Source: Takakia lepidozioides
Lineage: Eukaryota > Plantae > Bryophyta
Assembly (NCBI GenBank): GCA_030704615.1
Contig: CM060733.1
Location: 49,538,001 to 49,602,000, forward strand
DNA: 64,000 bases
Reading direction: 5' to 3'
The notes under the pieces are model-generated. The model was not told the DNA's origin. It ran no database searches and was given only the letters and a program-made list of their open reading frames with translations. Of the stretch, positions 27,001-38,258 are shown one piece after another (positions within the stretch are counted from its first letter, which is position 1; the number at the start of each line of letters is the position of its first letter). Made by a program: the position numbers and the translations under genes.

Positions 27001-30000
27001 CAACGCACACTGTTTGAGCTGAACATTTCAATGTTTTAGGGTGCAAAATTTGGTCTTGCTGTCTGGTATCTGAGGTTGAAATGAACCCTTCACAACCACT
27101 TCACACAGTGTGCGGCAACGCACACTGTTTGAGCAGATCTTTTCAATGTTTTAGGGTGCAAAATTTGGTCTTGCTGTCTCTTATCTGGGGGTGAAATGAA
27201 CCCTTCACTGCCAGCTCAGACAGTGTGCGGCAACGCACACTGTTTGAGCTGAACATTTCAATGTTTCTGGGTGCAAAATTTGGACTTCAGGGTGACCTGT
27301 TTGAGGATGAAATGAACCCTTCACTGTCAGCCCAAACAGTGTGCGGCAACGCACACTGTTTGAGCTGAACATTTCAATGTTTTAGGGTGCAAAATTTGGT
27401 CTTCAGGGTATGTTATCTGAGGTTGAAATGAACCCTTCACAACCAGCTCAAACAGTGTGCGGCAACGCACACTGTTTGAGCAGAACTTTCAATGTTTTAG
27501 GGTGCAAAATTTGGTCTTGCTGTCTGTTATCTGAGGGTGAAATGAACCCTTCACTGCCAGCTCAGACAGTGTGCGGCAACGCACACTGTTTGAGCTGAAC
27601 ATTTCAATGTTTCAGGGTGCAAAATTTGGACTTCAGGGGCACCTATAATATGATGAAATGAACCCTTCACTGTCAGCCAAACAGTGTGCGGCAACGCACA
27701 CTGTTTGAGCTGAACATTTCAATGTTTCAGGGTGCAAAATTTGGACTTCAGGGGCACCTAATATGATGAAATGAACCCTTCACTGTCAGCCCAAACAGTG
27801 TGCGGCAACGCACACTGTTTGAGCTGAACATTTCAATGTTTCAGGGTGCAAAATTTGGACTTCAGGGGCACCTATGTGAGGATGAAATGAACCCTTCACT
27901 GTCAGCCAAAACAGTGTGCGGCAACGCACACTGTTTGAGCTGAACATTTCAATGTTTTAGGGTGCAAAATTTGGTCTTGCTGTCTGTTATCTGGGGGTGA
28001 AATGAACCCTTCACTGCCAGCTCAGACAGTGTGCGGCAACGCACACTGTTTGAGCTGAACATTTCAATGTTTCAAGGTGCAAAATTTGGACTTCAGGGTG
28101 ACCTGTTTGAGGATGAAATGAACCCTTCACTGTCAGCTCAAACAGTGTGCGGCAACGCACACTGTTTGAGCTGAACATTTCAATGTTTTAGGGTGCAAAA
28201 TTTGGTCTTCAGGGTATGTTATCTGAGGTTGAAATGAACCCTTCACAACCAGCTCGAACAGTGTGCGGCAACGCACACTGTTTGAGCAGATCTTTTCAAT
28301 GTTTTAGGGTGCAAAATTTGGTCTTGCTGTCTGTTATCTGAGGGTGAAATGAACCCTTCACTGCCAGCTCAGACAGTGTGCGGCAACGCACACTGTTTGA
28401 GCTGAACATTTCAATGTTTCTGGGTGCAAAATTTGGACTTCAGGGGCACCTGTTTGAGGATGAAATGAACCCTTCACTGTCAGCCCAAACAGTGTGCGGC
28501 AACGCACACTGTTTGAGCTGAACATTTCAATGTTTTAGGGTGCAAAATTTGGTCTTCAGGGTAACATTTCTGGGGATAAAATGAACCCTTCACTGTCAGC
28601 TCAAACAGTCTGCGGAACCGCACACTGTTTAGGCAGAACATATCAATATTGAAGGGCGCAACCTTCGGCCCTCATGGGCACATATCTGAGGATGAAATGA
28701 ATCCTTTACTGCCAGCTCAAACAGTGTGCGGCAACGCACACTGTTTGAGCAGAACTTTTCAATGTTCTTTCCCTGTGAAAATCGGGAACATAGGGCAGGT
28801 CCGTGAGGATCAATGAACACTTACCTGGCAGCTCAAAGAACACTTACCTGTTTGATCCCACTTTTTCATGCATCAGTCGACGTTTCATTCCTCTCTTATA
28901 AGAATTTGAGTGAACAACCTTGCAGGAGAAAATGCAAAGTGTGGCGGATGAGGTCCCTCAGGGTCAGGGGAAGGAGACCATAGTTGATGTTGACGATGAG
29001 TTTTATGAAAGCAAAGCCGCTGAGATGCTGGGGGTCAAAAGGTGAACTCTCAGCTTGTGGTTCAAAGTATGCTTGCTCCTGGTGGGAGGTTGAAGATTCC
29101 CCTGTGTAGGTTGGTTTCCATGCCCGTCGTTCGTCCACCCCTTGTCAAAGACATTCTCAAGCTGGAGGCCGAGTTTGTTCATGGGTATTTGGATGGATCC
29201 GCAGTCTTTTACGTTTCTACTAGGGATTCTAGAGGTAACGAGCTCCTTGTGGATGAGTCAATCGTCGACTCCTGGGACCCCATTTGGAGACAGGTGAACG
29301 AATCCTTCGAACTTCTTCTCTCCAGGAAACCTTCCACCCAGGTATTCTCGGGGAAGATGTTTCACGTTTGGGATGGCAACCACCGGTTGCTTGCATGGAT
29401 GGCTGTCATTGGGAGGCTGCACTCACAGGAGGAAGAGTGGCATTACTCTGTTCGATCGATGGTGCTTGATTGTGACGACAACATGATGGGTCTTCTGACG
29501 GCAATGAATGATGTGAACAGGTTGGTTTCTCATTGTACATGTTGCACTTCTGGTTCCGTTCTTCCTTGATTCAAGTCCTTGAATTACATTCTGAAATTCA
29601 GATATCATTCTGCAGAGGGACGGAGACATCGCATGTCAAAACGAGTCTGGTTCACACACTGTATAGGATACAAAGGATCGGGCAGATGCCCTTGACCAAC
29701 TTCAAGACCATCCTTTCGGCAGAGATGTATAAGAAATGCGAAAGCTCCAAGACTTCGGAAACATGGTACTCGTTGACCCGTGAGGCTTTCATGGAGTACA
29801 TGTACACGGTGAGATACATCTTCCTTCATCTGGCCTTTCCATATTCCTGCTTCCACATGTTTGTTTCTGTCTGTCTCCCTTGACCTTGGATTGATGCAAC
29901 TCTCTTGCATTCCCTTGCAGCAAGACATTGCAGATGCAGGGGAGCGTGGCAAACTGGAATACTACAGCTCTACCCCTGAGGAGAGAAGGACAGCAAAGGG

Positions 30001-32658
30001 GGTTGAAAGTCACATCCAGAAGGAGATGAACGCTACAAGAAGGACAATAATGAGTGCTTTTGTGAAGCAGTTGAGAATGGCCGACCCATCATTCGGGCCG
30101 CAGTTTCTCCTGGAGATAAAAAACCATTATAACAAGCCAGGCAAGCCGGAGATGGCCCAGGAGAAGTTGCACAGGTTGTCTACCGCCGTCGTGTCTTCTG
30201 AACAGAAGGTGAAGTGGCTACAGATATGGAACTCCGATCCCACAGTTAGGGATACCCACATGTTCCCAAGGCCAGAGAAAGAGAAGAAGACCCAGCGTGT
30301 CGTTCCTGTCAGTGACAATGTGCTGGACACCTGGCTTCACAAGGCCACTTACTGGAGCCAGGTGTGATGTCCTCTCGTATCTCACTTTCTTTTCTCTTTT
30401 CCTGTCCTTCTCTTCCCATTGCCTCTTACATTCGCTGTGACTGTTTTTGGGTTCATTCTTCCATTTCAATTGTTTTGCAGTTGGAAGAAAGGGCCCGATC
30501 GGTTCTGCATACTCAGCTGGCTGACTATGGCATCACTATGACAGCTCCGAAGGTCTCCTTCGAAGCTTACATGAGGAAATGGAGAGCCACAGTGTGGCAC
30601 TCTGGTTTCTTTAGAGAGTTCAGCAAGGAGGGTGGCATCAGTCGAACAAATGAGCTTGACCAGCAGGAAAAAGGAGAGGAAGCCTGGAAACGATGCCTTT
30701 ACAGGTGCACACCCTTGCACTCTTTACTTGTGTTGTGGTTGCAATGTGTTGTGTGGCATACTGTTTAAGGGGGTCTTCCTGGTGTGTTGAAAAAGCTGGG
30801 ACACAATATGTGCACTGGAAAATGAGGCTGTGTCTGTTCCTGCAGGTACATTAGGTTTGTTCTCTTGGAAGAGAATTGCTTGGACAAACATCCAGATTTC
30901 GTGGACCTTTGGCTTGTCCCTGCTGGCAACCAGACCATGTTCACTGCTGGGATCTTGCATGACTGGGGCCCAGACCATCTTTCTTCTTGTGGTTGGTATT
31001 TGGATTGCCCTCCTTCAGAGACCCCAGCTGTAGAGTTGTCTTTGAGGAGAGAGAATGACCGTATTGCAGCCACTGCCGCAGCAGCGGACCTCGACATTCA
31101 TGAGCGTAATCTGAGGACTCTTGCAGAGAAGGAGCCTCCCGCTCAGGATACCCCGGGTAGAGGAAGAAAGGCAAAGGGAAAAGATGTTGCTGGTGTTGTG
31201 GGGAAGGGAAGGGGTAGAGGGAAGGTGGCACAAGGGCAGGGAAGTGTTGCAGCTATTGGCCCTGTGGAGCATGTCCAGCAGACTCCACCGCATGGTAGGG
31301 GATCCGGGAGAAAAAACAAGGGGGTGGTTGATCCAAGGACCCGTACCATGCAGTGGAACATCCCACGAGGGTCATTCGTCCAACCAGGTTGGAGATTGCC
31401 AACGTCGGGTTCCTTGCCATGATGGAGTCGAAGAAATCTGATTACAAGGGCGAGCCATCACCAGTGTGGGAGAGGATTGTCGAGTTCCTCAGCACGGTGC
31501 GTGTTCTCTTTGGGTTCTGTGGCTTCTGCTCTCTTTGTCTGCTGTGGGCATGGATCGTTTATAAACTTGTCAGAATTCCATTGTATTTTTGTTTGCAGGC
31601 TAAAATGACCAAATCGTGGGTGAACGGGAAGGAGAAGCCATATGCAGCGGAACTCATCATCTTGGACATCCCTGATGGGTTGGCAGTCCCGGATATCCCT
31701 CCATCGGGTGCTTGTCCGGGTTGGAATGCATTTGATGAGCGCTACTGGCGGTGGGTTTTTTCCTTTTGCAACTTCTTCCTTTCCGATGCAGGTGTTTTGG
31801 TTCTCATCCAGTCCATCGATGTTCGGTGTCGCCGTGCCCTTGCCAGCTATTTGAAAGCCTCGGGCATGAGAGTCGTGAAGACATGGAATTGTGTGAACAG
31901 CATGTACCTTACGAAGGGGGATCGTCCGGGAGAGATGGTGAGTTTCCCTTCTTCTTCCTCTTCTTTTTTGTTCTGGGATTGTGTTGTATAGGTCGCTCGA
32001 ACTCATATGTAGGGGCCCGATTTTATTTTGGTTCTTAGTTCCTTGTGGATGTCATGTTCGCAGACTCGTCTGTTTGAAGCTGTTTGTCTCGTCCGGGTGC
32101 ATCCACCAACGACTCCGGCCGGCATTACGGAGTTTGCCATCACTCACGGGGGCAAGTTCATAGATGACAGGACAGATCCTCCCACGGATGACATGCATCA
32201 CAACTACGTCGACAACAACTTGTGCTTGCGAAGGGGGAATGGGGTTCCTTGGAGAGGGGCGAGGGAGAGGAGCCCGGCTTTCATTCAAACGATTGTGGAG
32301 TGCTGCACCTACACAGACGCCAGAGTTCTGGATTTGTCGATGGGCACAGGTTCGTCTCTTCAACATTCACATTTCATGAGGTTTGATTGAGCTTGCACTT
32401 TCAGCACTTTCCACCGTTCCGAATGTGTCTTCAATGTTGCTTACTTCATTCTATTCCACTGCAGGTGCTTCGTACCACGCTTGCAAGGCCAGTGCGCGAC
32501 ATGTCTTTGGGATTGAAGGGGATGCTGAGATTTACAAGAACCTCCTGATGGGTTTGGGTGGACACACTTCTCAGGTCCTTCCGAAGCCCCGTCCCGCTGA
32601 TACTGGTACAGAGGAGACTTCTGACAAGGAGCTGGACTCCGACTTTGCCTGTGAGTAA
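24047..32658 (+). CDS. ParB/Srx-like domain fused to a beta-class N6A/N4C DNA methyltransferase fold, ~1080 aa, 9 exons (24047-24358, 28926-29520, 29616-29808, 29921-30361, 30481-30704, 30846-31496, 31599-31937, 32064-32349, 32465-32658); 1-nt frameshifts near 29030 and ~31330
   Basis: ParB-like IPLCRL..VRP..HGY..FHVWDGNHRLLAW; MTase motif-IV-like ELIILDIPDG followed by ERSPAFIQTIVECCT..VLDLSMGTGASYHACKASARHVFGIEGDAEIY; all introns GT-AG and in phase; intron positions shared with copy B. Confidence 0.8.
24420..28770. repeat. Tandem array of 38 ~115-116-bp units, each with a palindrome of up to 40 bp, in intron 1 of the ParB-MTase gene
   Basis: CAGCTCAAACAGTGTGCG-GCAA-CGCACACTGTTTGAGCTG counted 38 times (first and penultimate degenerate); a ~22-bp variable segment takes a few recurring variants. 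Confidence 0.96.
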
Positions 32659-33444
32659 GTTCAACCTGTGCATGCTTGCATTGTTGTTTCAATATCGAGA
32701 ATCGCTGTTCTTGAGGCAAAGTGCACATGGGAGACATCCTCTTCGTTGGACTTGTGCATTGCATCATTGTGTTAAAAATGGGATTTTGTGGACATGTGTA
32801 GGAGTCCGCGTGCTTCCACTTGCCCTCCTGGGCTATCACACCTATTTGGACTTGTTTTCAGTCCTCCTCGGTCTTGTGTGCTACCTGTCTATGCGGAGGC
32901 ACTCGCAGCAAGCATGTCCGTTCATGGCACTCAGAGTCCACCTTGCGATGGCCTTCGTAGAACACGTGGTGTTGGGGCCAGAATCTTTGTAGATGACATA
33001 GCACAGGAGGTGGACACTGATTGTGATGACTGCGACACTTGATATGAAGTATTCTTTTGGTTTAATTCTGGGACAAATTTGAAATGGGATGGTTGTGTGT
33101 CCTTATTGTCCTCTTTGCAATGTGTGCGTGGAATTCACATTCATGGTTCCAAACTATTGTTGGAGATGGGGGTTGCATGGACTGCCCGGATTGTTCCTTC
33201 AATATATTTGTTGTTTTGTGGACCTCACAGACTTGAGTACATTGCAAAAACAAACAAACCACTTTGTTCTCAATTCTCAATTCTCCCCACATCAACCCGC
33301 GGAAATAGGTGACACCACTCGGAAATAGGTGACATCCGCGGAAATAGGCACTGTTTGCATGCTGACGTGGCGTGAGCCTGTGCTGGGCTCACGCTTTCCT
33401 GGGCTCACAGGCTCACGCCTCCAGGCTCACGGAATAGCACCCCC

Positions 33445-34440
33445 CTGCCAGTCTCTATCCGTAGGTTGTGGGAACCCACCCTGAACCGCCCCAATGCCCT
33501 CAAGAGGGAAGGAGGTAAGGGTGCTGAAAGGTAATTTGGTCTGAAGATTCTATCATCGCGGAGCACCAAGAATGTCTCTCGATAGAAGTGGAGCTTTGTT
33601 GTGAGATTGGGTAGCATCCAAGTTCTCTTGACATGTAATTCCATAAGCTCTCTCCGAATGAGTCTGTTGCGGTCATGTCTGGATGTGATGTCCACTTCAT
33701 CTGGGTTCATTGGTAATAGGAAAGCAGTAGAAAGTTCGTTACGTTTCAATAAACTGTCCACTCGAGCATACCAGGAGTTCCCGAAACTTGCAGCTTTGAG
33801 CCTCATAGATGTTGTGAGGGCCCTTGCCACTAGCCCTTTGGGTGGAAGGGCCTGCAATCTATGGAGAAAGATTGTAAGCCTGAACTGTGCCTCGGATTGC
33901 AATGGTACACATGTGAACTCTGCACCTAGGATCTGAGATGGAGTTGTGCTCCTGGCGCTAAGCATTGATTGGAGAAAAGATGACTGTAATGGTTCCAAAT
34001 TCTTTTCCCACCAGGAGACAGGGACACCAGGTGCCCAGAACTCACAACCATTGATGGTAGCAGGGCTGACGATGGTGTCAAACAGCCACTTTTTGGTCGG
34101 GGGATGCCGCAGATGTATTTGCTTGCATTTGGCGTGAAGGCGGACGGAGGCCACCTTACCTTTAGTCAATCTGTCCAAGGCAGTGGCTGCAAAGTGAAAC
34201 TTGGGGGAGTGGATAACCAGACCTAGGTACCGGTATGATTTGACAATCTCAATTTCCTACTGGTTGAAGATGAATCTACGATCAGCCTGGCCATTGAAGA
34301 CCATGATCTTGGTCTTGCTAAGATTGACTTGCATCCCATAGTCTTTGCAGAACTATTCCAAAATTTTGAGATGGCGTTGCAGAAAGACCGGGGATTGTGC
34401 CAAAATGGCAACATCATAAGCGTAGAGGAGATCTGATTGG
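33445..34440 (-). mobile_element. 5'-truncated LINE ORF2 fragment (RT C-terminal part), proximal half
   Basis: LLYAYDVAIL (YADD-like), VNLSKTKIMVF, YRYLG, LFDTIVSP..GCEFW, FRVGSHNLRIETGR. Confidence 0.88.
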
Positions 34441-35499
34441 GCAGAAAATGAAGTTAGGCAGAAAACATCCCTGAACATGTTTTCAATTTGTGACATGGGG
34501 GAGGACATCGTGGAAAAACCTTCAGGTCTACCACTGTGTGCAGAGGGACTAGTTTTTAGGTCAAGGAAATGTTGCTTTGTCACGTCATTGCACCTGCGTT
34601 GGAGTACGCATTTGCTATATGCGTTGATAACTCCAACGAGGCTAGGTCTGCAATATCCTTTCAATTGAATTGTGTCTGCACCTGTGTTTACCAACATTGA
34701 GAGTCTTTAGGCCTTTTGGGGCTCCGTTGCTGGGCTCCGCCATACAGCCATTTGCTGATTGTGTGAATAGATGTCCACTGGATATGTGCAAAACCCGGAT
34801 GGATGGTAAGTTTCATGTGGTACTGATGTGAACCCGCCCACATTCTGTTTCTTCACCAATGAATGGTCTTACATGTTATGAGGACATTCTGTCCCTCTCC
34901 TTTTCAGTTTTTGGCACTTGCGCTGCAGGGGAGTGGGTTTGAGGTCAGCCAATCCATAGTTGTGGTTGTGGGATGGTTTGTGCTCTGGTGACGTTGTGTT
35001 CAGTAGGACTACAGCTGATGCACCTTGTGTGTGGGATGTTTTTGGTAGCGGAAGGGGAGTGAAGCTGCAGCAAAGCACTCACAGCCACCACACAATGCCA
35101 ACCAACACCAACCTTGGCACCCACCCCCTGCCGGATGGTCTCCACAACAGAGTGCACCATGGGGAGCCCCCCCTGCTTCGGGGTCGTGGCGCTGGCTTCC
35201 TGATGTTGCCACGTCACAATGGGGGCCTCCCACATCTCCATACGGCCCTCCCCCCTCCGGCACACATCAGTCACCCCCCACAACGTATGACGGCGCTGCT
35301 CCAGAGCATGGGGGCAGGAAACGGACATCAGAGCTGAGGAAGGAACGACGCCATGCCATGAAACAATGGGAAGGAGATGGAGAGGGAAGGGTGGCTGCAG
35401 GGCTAAAGCGCCACAAGGTGGAGGTGCATGGAAATGGAGTCATCAATGTTGGCTGCGAAGGTAAGGAACACTGGCAGCGTGATTTGCGTGGCTTGGCAT

Positions 35500-37465
35500 T
35501 GCGTTACCTTGACTAAAGCGTACAAGACATTGACCCGCAGTCCCAGAGTGCCATGTCAACAATAATAGAGGGCATAAATGGAATGTACGAGTACACACCT
35601 ATCCCTGCCAATCGTGATTTTATAGTGAAGCAATGTGGGAAGATAATGAAAGGAGAAAGAGCAAAACTGAAAGATAAATGGACGAAGTCTGGTGTGAGGC
35701 CAATGAACACTGAACCCGCCTATTGGGATAAGCTTGTTGCCTACTGGGAGTCCCCTCGTGGACTTGCAAAGGCTGAAGGGATGAAGCAAGTGCGTGCTTG
35801 TATCACGAACCCCTCGCGTTGGGGCCGGGCAGGAGTTGCAGGCCAAGCAGCCCGTTTGGTAATCTCCCTCACCCCCTTCTCATTGCTCTTACGTTGTGGC
35901 ATGTTCTGATGGAAGAGACACCCACGAGTGGGTTTTATTGCTTGTGCAGAATTAGTTGTTATGTGATATGTAGGGCAGTGCTTTGTCCATATGCTCCTGG
36001 CATTTTGTACTGACAGTGTGTGGATGGGCAAATACAGAAAAGACGCAAAGCGCGGAGCCCGTCACTGTCCGAGCTCGGGGCGGAGCAAAAGAACGCTGCG
36101 ACTGGCACCCCATCAGAGTCTGTTTTGAGCCAGGTATGTTTTGAAGTCCGGTTTCCATTCATGAATCTGTTGTTGTACTAAGATTTGGTGGGTATGTGGG
36201 GCCCCCACGCATGGTACAGGAGGGGTGTTATGCCAAACCCAGCCATCTCCGAATGCCTGAAATCCTGCACATTCGGCCTCTTCTTCTGGTTTTTAACAGT
36301 ACGGGTGGGTGTTTGTATGCGTAGGGAGCGGGGAACTCAATGGCAGCCCGCATCGGGGCCCTGGAGAGGCTTGCGGCTCTCTCTGTGGAGCGGGAGAGGG
36401 GAATGGAAGCACAACTGAAGAAGATAGTGGAACTCATGATGGGGCAAAAAGGGGGTGTGACGGGTGGCATTATGGAAGACCCCCCTGCTGCGACCATTGT
36501 ACCTGACAAGGAGGAAGTAATTGTAGTGGGTAGGGATGTGACAGAGGTCCGGGCTGTTGTTGATGATATTCACAGTGGGGGGCAGGGTCCACTCGTTGAA
36601 GAGGGAGAGGTCCAGCAAGTTGGTGGGGATGACATGGACGATGGGGGGGTCATTGCTCATGATGGGGGAAAAGGGGAAGCTGTAGGGGGAGAGGGTGGTA
36701 GTTTGCCTGGTCCAGGCTGCAGGGGGACCAAAACTTTGCCCTCTGGGGTGACTGTTGTCTCCCAACCCACTAAGGTGAGACCCCGTGACACCCCTTCAAA
36801 AGCTCCTTTCATAGAAAAGTCGAAACTAATTGTTCTAGACCTGAACGGGATCCTGTGCCACTCTATTCCTAACTTTCAGCCCAACCCGAGGCGTCATTGG
36901 CCATGGGTGTTGACCACCAACAAATATGTTTTCCCAAGGCCCCAGGTCTGTGAGTTTTTTAACCTTCTCTTCCGGTATTTCTACGTTGGGATATGGTCTT
37001 GTGCTTCCAAGGGGAATGTTGCAGACATCTTCAAAGTGGTGATGCAGGGGGGTCAAGGGTTCTCCCCTCTTTGTGTGGTCACAAGAGGAGTGTGACCCCT
37101 TGACAGAGCCACACCCCACAAAAGGGCCTGCTGTACAGAACTTACAGAAAAGACTGTCGAGGGTGTGGTCGGAATTTTCTGGATTTAACGAATCCAACAC
37201 CCTCCTAGTGGATGATTCACCACACAAGGGGAGGGGGAACTCCCCTTTGAACATGGTCCATCCATTGTCGTTTGATGTCACTGGCAATGTCAGTGAGGGG
37301 CCCGATTCAGACTACCTTTTAGAAACAGTCTGGCCCTACTGCCAAGATTTGTTTTGCTCCAAGGATGTGCGTGTCTTCACAAGCACGCGGAAGCTGACCC
37401 CAACTGGCAGCTTGAATGTAGGAGAGGATGGGGTCGTTGGGGGAAGTACTTCTGCGCCCATGCAG
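35500..37465 (+). pseudogene. CACTA-2 TnpA-like exons followed by an FCP1/NIF (HAD) phosphatase-like domain; further exons at ~44528-45060 beyond the gypsy insertion
   Basis: ERAKLKDKW..PAYWDKLVAYWES..SRWGRAG (TnpA-like); KLIVLDLNGIL..FPRPQVCEF..VGIWS..NTLLVDDSPHK (FCP1-like); frameshift near 37075. Confidence 0.72.
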
Positions 37466-37535
37466 GTGAAACTAACCTTACTGTTTGCAACATGACATCG
37501 AAGCCAAAGTCCATGTTTGTTTTGTTCCCCCTGGA

Positions 37536-38258
37536 TGTCGCGCACCTCACTTCGGTAAACTCCCCTTCAAGTCATAGTTAACCGCTTTGATGCGCGCGCC
37601 TGACTCCCAACCTGGCCGCCGGGCCAACTTGGAGTTTCGGCTACTCACCGGGACATAACGGTCCCCATTCGCTTCCTCTAAAACCCTCCACCTATTTGGG
37701 ACTAGGAGAATTCCCTTTGGTAGATGGCAGTCCGGAACAGCTCCCCACTCTTTGGTCGCTTTCCGGCTCGCACGATTACTCACTAGTTTTTGGTCACCAA
37801 CGGGCTTGCACCGTTCTCGGGGTTACTACTCCCTATATATACTTCTGTAGCTGTCCGCGGGGGTTTCATAACCAGCCATGCCATTTTATGGCGAACCACC
37901 ACGAAAACCCTCGACTCCCGGTGGTGAGTCGCGGTGAGTCTTGGCCCACTCACCGCGGCCCCAATGGACCATGATGAGTCCCAAGACTCCCCACGACTCC
38001 CACCTCGAGGTCTCCACCCCATGGTGAGTCCTATGCCACCCCCACTAAGTCCCACTAAGCTACCACCACCCCTTGTGGAGCCACCTCCACCGCAACCCGG
38101 TGTGCGGGGCTCCACCTAGTGAGCGCCTCCGCCTCCTTGAGTGCCTTGGGCACTCAAGGGTGCTTCAGCCCCCATACCTATCGTCGCCGCTGCCCCCACC
38201 ACAGGGGCAGCCCCTCATGTGTCCCGACCCCCTGCCCTCAAGGCAAAGGGCCGCGACA
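37536..38258 (-). repeat. 3' LTR (723 bp); PPT adjacent at ~38259-38270
   Basis: Near-identical to 43771-44484; GGTAGGGGTGTG on the minus strand abuts it. Confidence 0.96.

Larger units (their letters stand above)
19115..33444. mobile_element. Complete 14.3-kb Mutator-like (MULE) element, copy A, carrying a ParB-MTase gene
   Basis: 11-bp TSD CTGCCAGTCTC at 19104-19114 and 33445-33455; short imperfect inverted ends (GCTA-NNN-CGTGAGCC); clustered CGTGAGC/GCTCACG motifs at both ends; internal MULE transposase. Confidence 0.92.

Noticed and set aside
24420-28770. CRISPR array (regularly spaced palindromic repeats)
   Set aside because: Inter-palindrome sequence is mostly constant with a few recurring variants, not unique spacers; no cas genes; it lies in a spliceosomal intron
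24047-32658. Bacterial or phage contamination as the source of the ParB-MTase gene
   Set aside because: GT-AG introns at positions shared between copies, and the gene sits in a TSD-bounded element inside a plant LINE
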